Shown: positions 9,098 to 19,958, numbered from the stretch's first letter. The stretch: DNA of 47,307 nucleotides from Bacteroidetes bacterium GWA2_31_9 (GCA_001768975.1 MEND01000029.1:1-47307); one strand, 5' to 3'. The notes: a model not told the origin generated them from the sequence alone. A program made the numbers and translations.

Positions 9098-10342
9098 ATG
9101 GACATATTCGATAAAATATCATCAAACCGAGGACCACTTGGTCAATATCAAAAAGAAGCTCATGGTTATTTTGCGTTTCCTAAACTAGAAGGGGAAATTC
9201 AGCCAAGAATGAGGTTCAGAAATAAAGAAGTTTTAACTTGGAGTTTGAATAATTATTTAGGCTTAGCTAATCATCCAGAAGTTAGAAAAGTTGATGCTGA
9301 AGCTGCTAAAGAATGGGGTCTTGCATATCCAATGGGAGCAAGAATGATGTCAGGACAAACAAATAAACATGAAGAATTAGAATCAAAACTGGCAACATTT
9401 GTTGGCAAAGAATCAGCATATTTATTAAATTATGGTTACCCAGGAATGGTATCTATTATTGATGCTTTACTAAACCGTAACGATGTTGTTATTTATGATT
9501 CAGATGCACATGCTTGCATTTTAGATGGTTTAAGATTACATATAGGAAAACGTTTTGTTTATCCTCACAATGATATGGAAAGCCTTGAAAAACAACTTGA
9601 AAGAGCTACCAAATTAACTGAAAAAACTAAAGGTGGAATTTTAGTTATTACCGAAGGTGTTTTCGGAATGATGGGTGATTTAGGAAAACTTGATAAAATT
9701 GTAGAATTAAAGAAAAAGTTTAGTTTCAGATTTTTGGTTGACGATGCTCATGGTTTTGGAACTATGGGAAAAAATGGTGCTGGTACAGGTGAGCATTTTG
9801 GTGTAATGGATAAAATTGATATTTACTTTTCCACTTTTGCTAAATCGATGGCAGGAATTGGCGGTTTTGTTGCAAGTACTGAAGACGTGATTGACTTTTT
9901 ACAATATAATATGCGTTCACAAGTTTATGCAAAATCATTACCAATGCCAATGGTTATTGGTGCTTTAAAAAGACTTGAGTTACTACAGACTAAACCTGAA
10001 CTAAGAGAAAATCTTTGGGATATTGTTAAATATCTTCAAGCAGGACTTAAAGAAAAAGGATTTAACCTTGGAAAAGCAGAATCTCCTGTTACTCCTGTTT
10101 TCTTCTCTGGAACCGCAATTGAAGGAGCTAATGTAACTTTAGATTTAAGAGAAAATTATAATATTTTTTGTTCAATAGTTGTTTATCCTGTTGTTCCAAA
10201 AGATGTAATTATGTTAAGAATAATTCCTACTGCTGTTCATTCAAGAGAAGATGTAGAATATACAATTAATGCTTTTGCAGAAATTCAAAAGAAACTAAAA
10301 GCAGGGAAATATGATTCTATAAATATTTCTCAAGTATCATAA
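9098..10342 (+). CDS. PLP-dependent alpha-oxoamine synthase family enzyme (Kbl / BioF / serine-palmitoyltransferase-like acyltransferase)
   Basis: 414 aa. It contains NNYLGLANHP, a DDAHGFG motif and a PLP-lysine motif FSTFAKSMAGIGGF. Substrate cannot be assigned from sequence alone. In Bacteroidota this family includes sphingolipid and sulfonolipid synthases. Confidence 0.85.
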   Translation: MDIFDKISSNRGPLGQYQKEAHGYFAFPKLEGEIQPRMRFRNKEVLTWSLNNYLGLANHPEVRKVDAEAAKEWGLAYPMGARMMSGQTNKHEELESKLATFVGKESAYLLNYGYPGMVSIIDALLNRNDVVIYDSDAHACILDGLRLHIGKRFVYPHNDMESLEKQLERATKLTEKTKGGILVITEGVFGMMGDLGKLDKIVELKKKFSFRFLVDDAHGFGTMGKNGAGTGEHFGVMDKIDIYFSTFAKSMAGIGGFVASTEDVIDFLQYNMRSQVYAKSLPMPMVIGALKRLELLQTKPELRENLWDIVKYLQAGLKEKGFNLGKAESPVTPVFFSGTAIEGANVTLDLRENYNIFCSIVVYPVVPKDVIMLRIIPTAVHSREDVEYTINAFAEIQKKLKAGKYDSINISQVS

Positions 10343-10356
10343 CGAATTTTACTGAT

Positions 10357-10390
10357 AAAAAAAGCCGGACTAGTCCGGCTTTTTTTTATT
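10357..10390 (+). terminator. Rho-independent (bidirectional-type) terminator
   Basis: A-run, then the perfect palindrome agccggac-ta-gtccggct, then a T-run. Confidence 0.8.
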
Positions 10391-10451
10391 ATTTTTTTTC
10401 TAATTTTCTTACCTTGCATGAGAATATAGTTAAAGCCAAATTTCACAGTTA

Positions 10452-13439
10452 ATGTTCCGATTATTTATCATATTTCTATTAATAAATATTTCTCTTCAGG
10501 CACAAGATCACTTATTTATTAATTACACAACTAAAGAAGGCTTACCTAGTGACGAAACCTATCATGTTTTTCAGGATTCAAAAGGCTTTATTTGGTTTGC
10601 AACAAACTATGGAGTAAGTAAATTTGATGGCTTTAAATTTACAAATTACTCAACTGACAATGGCTTACTAGACAATACAATTACTGAAATATATGAAGAT
10701 TTTGAAGGAAAAATCTGGTTTATATCATTGACTTGCAAGTTTACATATTATTTTAATAATAAAATTTATCAGTATGAATATAATGACACATTAGCAAAAA
10801 TATTTACTGATAATATACATCCAGTTAAAAAATCATTTTGTATAGATCGCAGTAAGAATTTGAGTTTTTGTTTATATAGAGAAGGATTGTTTATTGTTGA
10901 TTCTGTAGGAAATATTAAGAGACGAAATAATAACTATACATCATCTATCATATTAATTGACGAAAATAAAAACACTAGAGTTTTACCGATTTATAGACAA
11001 TATTCTAAAACTTTAGGTCACTATTTAGATATTGATTATAATAATAAGTTAATAAAAACTAATTTAGATCATATTGTTACTCAGGAATATGGACAGTCTG
11101 AAGGTGCTTGCTTGGTAAATGATTCGTTAGTATTTTTTTATGGAAAAACATTATATATATTACATGATAACAAATTAGTCAGGCAAAATATTTATGATAC
11201 AAGGATTACATGGATTAGTTTTGATTGCAATGCAATAATATGGGTTGGAACAGCTGGAAATGGAATATTTGGATATGAAAGCTTAATTTCAAAAACTGCA
11301 AAATATCATCTTTTTAAAAATGATATTGTAACTTCAATATGTTTAGATAATGAGAATAGCTATTGGTTTACTACCTATAACTCTGGTATAAAATATATTT
11401 CAGACATAGAAATTACAAAATTGAATATTAATAATTTATCCATAAATGAAGAAATTAGAAATATTGTAGTTGACAAAAATAATGAGATTTGGTGTAGCGA
11501 TGGTAAAAACTATATATTTAATTTAATTAATGATATAAATGTCAAAACATATATACTTCCGATTAAGAACGATAGAGAAATCCATCAATTATTTTACAAT
11601 AAAATTGATGATTTAATTTACATCTGTACTAATTTACAACTATTTAAGATTAAGAGTGGAGTATTGAAAGGTATTACAATGACATATCCTGAAGTTTATA
11701 TCTATAACAAAATTGTAAACAGACCTATATGTGTTTATTGTGTTGAAAACGATTCTTCAAATAACTTATTTTTAAGCATTTCAGGCTGTATTCTTGAAAC
11801 TAAAAATGACAATTTTAATTTTGACATTTGGGATACAGATAAACACTGGACCAAAACAAATGCATTAAAATGCGATAAAAAAGGCAATGTTTGGTTAGCA
11901 ACTGAACAAGGATTGAAAAACTATAAAAATCATACAATAATAGACAATATTAACACTTATCCTAAGTTAAATGAACGACTTAGCTCTATTAACATTGATT
12001 CAATTAATGGTGACATTTGGATTGGGAGTAAAGGCCAAGGATTATTTTTATTAAAAAACGATACTATCACGAAATTCACAACTCAAGAGGGATTGTGTTC
12101 AAATTACATTAAAGATATTTATATAAATAATTCAGTTATATGGATTAGTAGCGAAAGTGGAATTTCCAGAATTGAAAAGCACGAAAATAAATACATAATT
12201 TCAAATCTAACAACTATACAAGGCTTTCCATCAGAGCAAGTTTATGGTATTAGTTCAATAGGTAATATAATGTACGCAGCTACTGATAAAGGTTTAATTA
12301 AATTTAATGAAGAAATTACAAAGAAAACTCCAATCAAACCGAAGCTTTATTTTGAAAATATTTTAATTAATAATATAGATACCATAATACTTCCTGAATA
12401 CATTTTAGAATACAATCAAGATTTTATCACATTTAAATTCTTAGGATTATATTATAAATCTCCTGAAAGTGTCAAGTATAAATTTTCATTAATTGGCTTA
12501 GATAAAAATTGGAATTACTCCTCCGACAATAATATTCAATATACGAACTTACGACCAGGCGATTACACTTTTGAAGTTTATGCTTATACCGAAAAATTAG
12601 ATGCAAACTCGCCAAAAATATCTGTAAAAATTCATATTAAAAAGCCATATTATAATACTTGGTGGTTTTATACATCATTAATGTGTTTTATTATATTTTC
12701 TCTATTGACAATTTACTATATTCGAATTAAAGAAATTAGAAAGAAAAATAATTTAAAGATGGATTTATTAAAATCGCAGTATCTATCTCTAAGTCAACAG
12801 ATGAAACCCCATTTTATTTTCAATACATTAAATTCTATTGGATATTACGTTTATAATAATGACCAAAAAGAATCTTTTAATTACATTTCAAAATTTTCAT
12901 CATTAATGAGGAAAATATTAGATAATTCTAGAAATCAACTTGTGTCATTACAAGCTGAACTAGAAGCTATTGAAACATATATTGAACTTGAAAGTTATAG
13001 ATTTAAAGAAAAACTAAAATATTCAATTGATATTGATGAAAATATTGATAGTGAAAGAACTTTTATTCCAACATTTCTGATTCAACCATATATTGAAAAC
13101 TCAATCTGGCATGGACTTATGCATAAAGAAAGTGGTGGTTTACTTCAGTTAATTGTTAAAGAAAACCAAGATACCATAAAATGTGAAATTATTGATAATG
13201 GTATTGGCAGAAAAAATTCAGAAGAAATTAATTCTAAAAAAAGATTAGGTCATGTTTCACGTGCAACTGATATTACCTCTGGGAGAGCTGGAATTATATA
13301 TTCTCTTTATAAACAAAAAATTAAAATTGAAACAATAGACTTGTTTGATATTAACAATAATTCTATTGGGACTAAAGTATGTATTGAGTTTCCAAATAAT
13401 CTTAAAATGGAAAAAAATGATAAAATTACTAATAGTTGA
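10452..13439 (+). CDS. Sensor histidine kinase, LytS/YehU type, with periplasmic two-component-regulator propeller and Y_Y_Y domains
   Basis: It has a signal peptide and repeated G(L/I).......I.ED..G.IW..T..G propeller blades. The Y_Y_Y-like KYKFSLIGLDKNWNYSS...YTNLRPGDYTFEVYA follows, then a TM helix. The cytoplasmic LSQQMKPHFIFNTLNSI is the His_kinase H-box and LIQPYIENSIWHG is the ATPase N-box. Confidence 0.85.
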   Translation: MFRLFIIFLLINISLQAQDHLFINYTTKEGLPSDETYHVFQDSKGFIWFATNYGVSKFDGFKFTNYSTDNGLLDNTITEIYEDFEGKIWFISLTCKFTYYFNNKIYQYEYNDTLAKIFTDNIHPVKKSFCIDRSKNLSFCLYREGLFIVDSVGNIKRRNNNYTSSIILIDENKNTRVLPIYRQYSKTLGHYLDIDYNNKLIKTNLDHIVTQEYGQSEGACLVNDSLVFFYGKTLYILHDNKLVRQNIYDTRITWISFDCNAIIWVGTAGNGIFGYESLISKTAKYHLFKNDIVTSICLDNENSYWFTTYNSGIKYISDIEITKLNINNLSINEEIRNIVVDKNNEIWCSDGKNYIFNLINDINVKTYILPIKNDREIHQLFYNKIDDLIYICTNLQLFKIKSGVLKGITMTYPEVYIYNKIVNRPICVYCVENDSSNNLFLSISGCILETKNDNFNFDIWDTDKHWTKTNALKCDKKGNVWLATEQGLKNYKNHTIIDNINTYPKLNERLSSINIDSINGDIWIGSKGQGLFLLKNDTITKFTTQEGLCSNYIKDIYINNSVIWISSESGISRIEKHENKYIISNLTTIQGFPSEQVYGISSIGNIMYAATDKGLIKFNEEITKKTPIKPKLYFENILINNIDTIILPEYILEYNQDFITFKFLGLYYKSPESVKYKFSLIGLDKNWNYSSDNNIQYTNLRPGDYTFEVYAYTEKLDANSPKISVKIHIKKPYYNTWWFYTSLMCFIIFSLLTIYYIRIKEIRKKNNLKMDLLKSQYLSLSQQMKPHFIFNTLNSIGYYVYNNDQKESFNYISKFSSLMRKILDNSRNQLVSLQAELEAIETYIELESYRFKEKLKYSIDIDENIDSERTFIPTFLIQPYIENSIWHGLMHKESGGLLQLIVKENQDTIKCEIIDNGIGRKNSEEINSKKRLGHVSRATDITSGRAGIIYSLYKQKIKIETIDLFDINNNSIGTKVCIEFPNNLKMEKNDKITNS

Positions 13440-14166
13440 TGACGAAAAAGATGCAAGAGATTTTAATAAATCACTTATTACAGAATTTTTCCCTAAAATT
13501 GAAATAATCGGAACAGCAAGTTCTGCTTTAGAAGCTATTAAAATAATTAATAGCAATCCTCCCGACATTCTCATTTCAGATATTGAAATGCCTGGAGGAA
13601 GTGGATTTGATATACTTGAATCAACACAAAAATATAACTATGAAGTTATTTTTATTACAGCATATAATCAATATGCAGTTAAGGCATTTAGATTTAGTGC
13701 GATTGATTACCTATTAAAACCTGTTGACATTCAGATATTTAAAGAAGCTATTCATAAGGCTATTGAAAGAAGAAAATTACAAAATACAGATTCTAGAATC
13801 GAATTTTTACTTCAAAACTATAAAAAAGAAAAGTCTGAAAAAATTGCAATTAATATTGGAAATAGTATTGAAATTATTACAATTAACGATATAATTAGAT
13901 TTGAAGCTGATGGTCAATATACCTATATTTATATTGATAACGGAAAAAAATTATATGCTATTAAAAGAATAGGTGAATTTGAAGAAATTCTAGTTTCTCA
14001 TTCATTTTTTAGAGCTCACTCGTCTCATTTAATAAATATGAATAAGATAAATCGATTTGTTAAGTCAGAAGGAGGATATATTGTTATGTCAGATAACTCA
14101 CAAATTGAAGTGTCAAGAAGACGAAAAGAAGAATTTACTGAAAAACTCAGACTATTTTCAAAATAA
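13417..14166 (+). CDS. LytR/AlgR-family response regulator (REC + LytTR DNA-binding domain)
   Basis: MIKLLIVDDE...PDILISDIEMPGGSG...Y.VIFITAY is the REC domain. The C-terminal I..FEADGQYTYIY...K.Y........FEE.L....FFRAHSSHLIN is LytTR. I place the start at ATG 13417, not the upstream alternative start at 13345 in the ORF track. This start overlaps the kinase stop by 23 nt, consistent with translational coupling. Confidence 0.9.
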   Translation: MIKLLIVDDEKDARDFNKSLITEFFPKIEIIGTASSALEAIKIINSNPPDILISDIEMPGGSGFDILESTQKYNYEVIFITAYNQYAVKAFRFSAIDYLLKPVDIQIFKEAIHKAIERRKLQNTDSRIEFLLQNYKKEKSEKIAINIGNSIEIITINDIIRFEADGQYTYIYIDNGKKLYAIKRIGEFEEILVSHSFFRAHSSHLINMNKINRFVKSEGGYIVMSDNSQIEVSRRRKEEFTEKLRLFSK

Positions 14167-14169
14167 TAA

Positions 14170-17100
14170 TTACTTTTCAAAAGTAACCACTGAAATTCGC
14201 TGTTTTCCATCCATTCTTATTGTTAAAGGCTTATCAAATCTGACATGCTTAACAAATTCGGTTCTTTTAATCAAGCTCTGATTTTCTAATTTTAACCAAT
14301 CAATATAACTATTTGAAACTTCATGCTGAACAGAAAAATATCCAACATTCATTGAAGTAACATTGTGGAAAAAATGTGACCCTAAAGAGGCATCCAATGG
14401 ATAATCCTTTAAACTGGTTTCTACAATAATTTTTGCATTAGAAATCTGTGGCCAGGTAACAGGAATTCCTATAAATCTATCCCTTGTACCCCATCTTCCA
14501 GGTCCAATTAATATGTATTTTCTATCTTGTTTTACTAAATCAGCATTAAATTTTTCAATTTCAATTGCTATTTCTTCTGTCCTAGTTTTATCAAACTTAT
14601 CAATATCAACATAAATTACATCATAAATATCTGACATAATTCCATTTCCCATTCCCTTTTCAGCATATAATAAAATAGAATCTTTATCTATTTCTTTCAT
14701 ATTAATGGCAAAATCAGCTGAATTCCCAATAAGTGGCTTAATTTGGAGAAAATAAAATGATGCTTTTCCTTTTGCATCTTTATTAAGATCAACTGCAAAT
14801 TCTATTTCAGCTGGCGAACCAAAAGCATCTTTTGCAATATCAAGCAATATATCAATAGTTTTCGCCAAAGGAATATATTCGTACTTTAAAATATTTGCAA
14901 AATTTACAATCCGTGGTCCATCAGTTGTTATTCCTGGGATTATTCTATCGCTTGCTGCATCATATACGCTAGCACAATGCTTTAATGATCCATGTTTTTC
15001 TGCATCTTCAATATCTAATTTTATTAACCCTGCCATTTCGCCTTCTTGTAAATTGACATTGTTTTTTCTCAGATTTACAGCATAAAAATCTGTTTGTGAG
15101 TTTTTTAATTGATCCTTTGTTGAGTTAATTTCAATTTCAGGATATTTTGGCGAAAATCTGTATGCACGTTCACCTTCAACTACATATTTTCCCAATCCAA
15201 CAGCAGTAACAACAAAACCCTCTTCAGGTTTCATATAAGCATAAGGATAATAATTGTATGATTGAGCTACTCCACTAATGTGTGGATAAAAATAGCCATC
15301 GTATTCATTTCCAACAACTTCTTGAATAACAACTGCCATTCTTTCTTCTTCTATTTTATAATTTATTGCCTCAATATATCCTCTTGAAAGACCCGAAAAT
15401 ACAGATGCATAAACCAATTTTATAGCATTCATTGTTTGCTCAAGCCTGATTTCAGGATTATGATGATTATTAGGAAGTAAAAATGTTTCGAAAATTCCTG
15501 CAAATGGCTGAACCAATGAGTCTTCAAACAAACCAGAAGATCTTACTGCAATTGGTTTTTTTATTTGATTTAAAATTATTTTAAGTCTGGTTATTAACTT
15601 TTCAGAAAGTTTTGCATTCACAAATAGCTTTTTAACTGTCTCATAATCGGAGCCATCATAAATCACATTCGACAAATCATTATCTTCTAAAAATTGCTCA
15701 TACTCATCAGTCCCGACAATCATAGTTTTTGGAATTTTTATGTTTATGTTCGGAACTAAACTTGTAAAATCAAAATTATGAACTAGTGAATTAATAAATG
15801 ATAATCCTCTTCCCTTTCCTCCAATTGCACCAGATGAAAGACTTAAAATATTAGATTCATCAAGTAAAGCATAATCATCAAAAGGAATTACTTTTCCAAC
15901 ACTTCTATCTAATACATTTCTTCTAATAATGTTTAAAATAAATTTACGAATTGCATCAGCCGATTTAAAATCCTCTACTTTAACAGGATTCAGTATTTGC
16001 GAAACTCTAATTTCACCTCTTGCCATTAGCCACAGCGAAAAATGGTCTTTCATTGCATGGAAAATTACAGACTCAGCTGGTATTAAATTTAGATGATGTT
16101 CAAATTCCTGAATATTTTTTGCAACTGCAATTTCTCTCTCATAAGCATCTCTAAATATGAAATTTCCAAATCCTAAATATGTAATAATAAAGTTTTTAAT
16201 ATCTTGATTTAATGATTCGGAATTTTTATTAATAAAACTCTTTTTCAACTCGTGAGCTTTAGCTTCATTTTCACAATCAGACGACTGCAATACAATTGGC
16301 AAATCAGGAATAAAATTATTAATATGTTTTACAAGTTTAAATCCGGCTTCATCATCTAAAATGCCATCCTTACAATATTTAACATCGCTAATTACACATA
16401 GCATATATTCTTTATACTTATTAAAAATATGCACAGCCTCTTCATAATTTGATGCCAAAAGTATTTTTGGTCTTGCCCTCAGTTTCATTACTTTATATAA
16501 TTCATCTGAGCCAGCTTCTTCAATTAATTGCTTTGTTTGTCCAAGTACAATATTATAAAGCATTGGCAAATATCTGGAATAGTATTTTGGAGAATCTTCA
16601 ACAAGCATTATCACTCTCACCATTCCAATTTGAGTATCATTTTCTGCATTTATCTTATCCTCAATGTGTTTAACCATTGCAAAAAACACTTTTGAATCAC
16701 CATTCCAAATAAAAATTTTATCAATGTCATTAATAATTGCATTTTCTTCCTCTAAAACATCAACATCGCTATTATTATTCAATAAAACATAAACAGGAAT
16801 ATATGGATAATCCTGTTTTATTAACTGAATAGATTTCATAGGAGTTTTTTTATCAGAGCCAAGCATTATCATAACCAAATCAAAATGTTTAGTTTTTAAT
16901 AATTCATAAGCCTCATCGGTATTTGTAACACCTGTCATTCTTGGCAATGAAGTTAAATTCAACTGATGATATTCGCCCAAAATGTGTTCAGTAAAACGTC
17001 CTTCTTTTTCAATATTATAAGCATCATATAATGTTGCAACAAAAAGAATTTCCTTAACTTTAAAAGGCATTAAATCGTGATAAATATCTCTGTCGGTATT

Positions 17101-17919
17101 GTACTTATTTAAAAAATCTTGCAATAAATGGCGACTAGTAGTGTTTGAAATCTTTTTTCTTGACTTTTGATTTTTAGTCCCATATCTTACTGCCTCATAA
17201 TATTTTGAATCGGAATTACTTACGCTGGTCAAAAAACGTGATACTTGTACAGCAACCTGATTCATCAAATGTATTTCCTCATTTAAAAAAGGGCTATCGT
17301 TATGAACAAAAGGAAATTCCTTTGAATAATAAATTTCTATTTCGCCTTTATAAACATTGTTTTCATAAATCCTATTTAATAATTTCCAATCTGTTACAGC
17401 AAATTTTTTACTTTTAAATTCCTTTTCGTTGAATTTTATTCTTACACATGTATAATCAGAAAATTGAAATGCGTTAGGAAGTACAAATATCAACTGTTGT
17501 AAACTATCAATAATAGACCTTCCAGTTTTTAGGATATTTGAAATTTGATTAAGAGTAGCAAGTTCATTTAATCGTTCTGGTTTATCAAATTTATTTTCAT
17601 AAACATCTGCTAATCTGAGTTCTGCATCATTAATTTTATCGTTAATTACAAAATATGTTCTTGAATTATTTTTATGATAAAATTTTATAAAACTTCCTGT
17701 AATATTAATTGGCTCGCATTTACTATTCAAAAAATCAATAATTCCTTCATATTTGTTATTGTCCTTAAGATGATTAATTATCTTTTTAAATTGAGTATCA
17801 GAAAGAAAATTTTCAATTTTTAATTTCTTAATATCCTTTTCGTTATATCCTAATAAAGTACAAAATATTGGTTCTGCAGCTTTAACTCTTCCTTTTACAT
17901 CAAACTCAGCTAAGATCAT
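14170..17919 (-). CDS. Large PAS / receiver-like / PEP-pyruvate-binding (PPDK_N ATP-grasp) fusion protein
   Basis: 1249 aa. The N-terminus is PAS-like. Two receiver-like segments follow (ILFVATLYD...; VIMLVEDSP...CVISDVKY...VLQSS). PPDK_N / PEP-synthase nucleotide-binding motifs are present: GGKGRGLSF, IAVRSSGLFEDS, AVVIQEVVG, SGVAQSY and GLGKYVVEGE. I did not recognise a phosphohistidine swivel domain or a PEP-utiliser TIM barrel. Confidence 0.75.
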   Translation of the reverse strand: MILAEFDVKGRVKAAEPIFCTLLGYNEKDIKKLKIENFLSDTQFKKIINHLKDNNKYEGIIDFLNSKCEPINITGSFIKFYHKNNSRTYFVINDKINDAELRLADVYENKFDKPERLNELATLNQISNILKTGRSIIDSLQQLIFVLPNAFQFSDYTCVRIKFNEKEFKSKKFAVTDWKLLNRIYENNVYKGEIEIYYSKEFPFVHNDSPFLNEEIHLMNQVAVQVSRFLTSVSNSDSKYYEAVRYGTKNQKSRKKISNTTSRHLLQDFLNKYNTDRDIYHDLMPFKVKEILFVATLYDAYNIEKEGRFTEHILGEYHQLNLTSLPRMTGVTNTDEAYELLKTKHFDLVMIMLGSDKKTPMKSIQLIKQDYPYIPVYVLLNNNSDVDVLEEENAIINDIDKIFIWNGDSKVFFAMVKHIEDKINAENDTQIGMVRVIMLVEDSPKYYSRYLPMLYNIVLGQTKQLIEEAGSDELYKVMKLRARPKILLASNYEEAVHIFNKYKEYMLCVISDVKYCKDGILDDEAGFKLVKHINNFIPDLPIVLQSSDCENEAKAHELKKSFINKNSESLNQDIKNFIITYLGFGNFIFRDAYEREIAVAKNIQEFEHHLNLIPAESVIFHAMKDHFSLWLMARGEIRVSQILNPVKVEDFKSADAIRKFILNIIRRNVLDRSVGKVIPFDDYALLDESNILSLSSGAIGGKGRGLSFINSLVHNFDFTSLVPNINIKIPKTMIVGTDEYEQFLEDNDLSNVIYDGSDYETVKKLFVNAKLSEKLITRLKIILNQIKKPIAVRSSGLFEDSLVQPFAGIFETFLLPNNHHNPEIRLEQTMNAIKLVYASVFSGLSRGYIEAINYKIEEERMAVVIQEVVGNEYDGYFYPHISGVAQSYNYYPYAYMKPEEGFVVTAVGLGKYVVEGERAYRFSPKYPEIEINSTKDQLKNSQTDFYAVNLRKNNVNLQEGEMAGLIKLDIEDAEKHGSLKHCASVYDAASDRIIPGITTDGPRIVNFANILKYEYIPLAKTIDILLDIAKDAFGSPAEIEFAVDLNKDAKGKASFYFLQIKPLIGNSADFAINMKEIDKDSILLYAEKGMGNGIMSDIYDVIYVDIDKFDKTRTEEIAIEIEKFNADLVKQDRKYILIGPGRWGTRDRFIGIPVTWPQISNAKIIVETSLKDYPLDASLGSHFFHNVTSMNVGYFSVQHEVSNSYIDWLKLENQSLIKRTEFVKHVRFDKPLTIRMDGKQRISVVTFEK

Positions 17920-17982
17920 ATAAATGAATATATTGGTAATTTGTGAATATAAAATTTATTTCATGTAAATTTAGTAAAATTT

Positions 17983-18016
17983 ACAAAAAAAATACCTTAA
18001 AGGAAATTAAGGTATT
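17983..18016 (-). terminator. Rho-independent terminator of the DUF47-pit operon
   Basis: Perfect 10-bp stem aataccttaa (17991-18000) / ttaaggtatt (18007-18016). On the minus strand it is followed by a U-run, seen as an A-run at 17984-17992 on the plus strand. Confidence 0.6.
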
Positions 18017-18042
18017 CTAAAAGTCGCTAAAAAATTGTTAGT

Positions 18043-19086
18043 CTATAAAATATTTATAATATAATAAATTATTGCGGCGATTATAGCAGAAATTGGTATA
18101 GTTAAAATCCAAGCCCAAAGCAGATTAATTGTAACTCCCCATTTTACTGCACCAACTCCTTTGCTTACTCCAACTCCAATAATTGCACCTGTAATTGTAT
18201 GAGTTGTAGAAACTGGTATCTTTAAATATTCGGTTAAATAAAGAGTGATTGCACCGCCTGTTTCGGCTGCAACTCCCTCTAATGGAGTAACTTTAGTAAT
18301 TTTAGTTCCCATTGTTTTAACAATTCTCCATCCACCTGACATTGTTCCAAGAGCAATTGCTGTATAACATGCAAGAGGAACCCATTCGGGAACTGATAAA
18401 TGTTTTTTACCATTTACTACATCCATCGAAACATGTAACCATGAAGGAACATCGTCAATTGACAAACCACTTGTATTTAAATAAACCATTACGGCAGCAC
18501 CAATAATACCCATAACTTTTTGAGCATCATTACCTCCATGACCAATACTAAAAAGAGCTGATGAAACTAACTGCCCTCTTCTGAAAATCTTGTCGGCTTT
18601 ACTTGGTCTGATTTTTCGGAACGACCAAAGTATAATAATATTAATAAAATACGACATAACCATACCAACTAATGGAGCTAATAAAATAAATGAAGCAATT
18701 TTTGCAATAATTGCAAGATTTACAACAGATATTCCGCCATGTGCAATTGCAGCACCAGAAAATCCACCAATTAATGTATGTGAAGAACTAGATGGAATAC
18801 CATAATACCATGTAAAAAGATTCCATAAAATAGCAGCCAATATTCCAGAAAAAATTACCCAAAGATTTATTAAATCAGTATCAACAGTTTTTGAAATCGT
18901 GTCAGCAATATTTAAATCGAATATTAGATATGCTACAAAATTAAAAAATGCTGCCCATAAAACTGCAATAAATGGAGAAAGAACTTTAGTAGAAACTATT
19001 GTTGCTATTGAGTTTGCTGCATCGTGAAAACCATTGATAAAGTCAAAACCCAATGCCATTACAATTATAACTAGAAGTAATGTCAT
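18043..19086 (-). CDS. pit: Inorganic phosphate transporter, PiT (PHO4) family
   Basis: Contains GFHDAANSIAT and GGNDAQK.MG, the duplicated PiT signature motifs. About 10 TM helices. Confidence 0.9.
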   Translation of the reverse strand: MTLLLVIIVMALGFDFINGFHDAANSIATIVSTKVLSPFIAVLWAAFFNFVAYLIFDLNIADTISKTVDTDLINLWVIFSGILAAILWNLFTWYYGIPSSSSHTLIGGFSGAAIAHGGISVVNLAIIAKIASFILLAPLVGMVMSYFINIIILWSFRKIRPSKADKIFRRGQLVSSALFSIGHGGNDAQKVMGIIGAAVMVYLNTSGLSIDDVPSWLHVSMDVVNGKKHLSVPEWVPLACYTAIALGTMSGGWRIVKTMGTKITKVTPLEGVAAETGGAITLYLTEYLKIPVSTTHTITGAIIGVGVSKGVGAVKWGVTINLLWAWILTIPISAIIAAIIYYIINIL

Positions 19087-19089
19087 ATT

Positions 19090-19737
19090 TTATGCGTTTT
19101 TAACTATTATTGACTTTAAAACATCAGCAACATCTTCAGCCATATCTGTAGCTTCTTCCAAAGCAGTAAGAATTTCCTTTTTCTTAATTACTTCAATAGC
19201 ATCATTTTCATTATTATATAGTTGAGATAATGAATGATAATATATATCATCTGCTTGATTTTCTATTTCATTTATTCTAATACAAGCATCTTTTATTTTA
19301 TATGCTTTCTTCAAATTTTTTAATTCAAATATTGCAATATGAATTTCTCTTGATGCCTGCAAAATTAGTTCAGATAATTCAATAAATTCATTTCCAAGAG
19401 TTTTTGGTTTATAATATCTAATTCTTTGGCTTGAACTATTTATAAAATCAAGAACATCATCAAGACTTGATGCTAACTTATGAATATCTTCTCTATCGAA
19501 AGGAGTAATAAAAGATTTATTTAGCTCTTCAAATATTGTATGTGTAGTTTCATCTCCTTTTTGCTCAAGCTCTTTAATTCTCATCATTATTGATGTTTTT
19601 TCAGACTGCTCACTAACAAGAAACAACTTATTTAGCAATATTGCACATTCTACCAAATTGTCGGCACCACACTCAAATAGAGGAAAAAACAGTTTATCCT
19701 TTGGTGTTAAAAATTTAAAAAATTTCGTTAAACTCAT
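19090..19737 (-). CDS. DUF47 / PhoU-like phosphate transport regulator (TIGR00153-type)
   Basis: It lies 3 nt upstream of pit. It is a helical protein with F..L...A......A...L and ...GD.....I...L...FITPFDREDI..L...LDD..D motifs typical of DUF47 partners of PiT. Confidence 0.85.
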   Translation of the reverse strand: MSLTKFFKFLTPKDKLFFPLFECGADNLVECAILLNKLFLVSEQSEKTSIMMRIKELEQKGDETTHTIFEELNKSFITPFDREDIHKLASSLDDVLDFINSSSQRIRYYKPKTLGNEFIELSELILQASREIHIAIFELKNLKKAYKIKDACIRINEIENQADDIYYHSLSQLYNNENDAIEVIKKKEILTALEEATDMAEDVADVLKSIIVKNA

Positions 19738-19958
19738 AAAATTATATTTTTCTCAAATTAAACTATTTCGATTCATATATTTAATGCTTCAATGTTAAGT
19801 TAATATTAATTTTTTCGTTGTCATATTATAAAACATTTTTTTTTAATTATATATTTGAAAAATGTTTATTTGAAAAAAAAACAAAAAAAATGTAGCCATG
19901 TGTCATTTCAACGCTTGTTTTTTCAAATTATTCATTTATAATTGCAAAAAAATATTTC

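Noticed and set aside
13345-13416. Upstream alternative start of the LytTR regulator, and the antisense ORF 13257-13574
   Set aside because: The extension (MILTIILLGLKYVLSFQIILKWKK) lies inside the kinase coding region, whereas the receiver domain begins at the ATG at 13417. The antisense ORF overlaps two well-supported genes.
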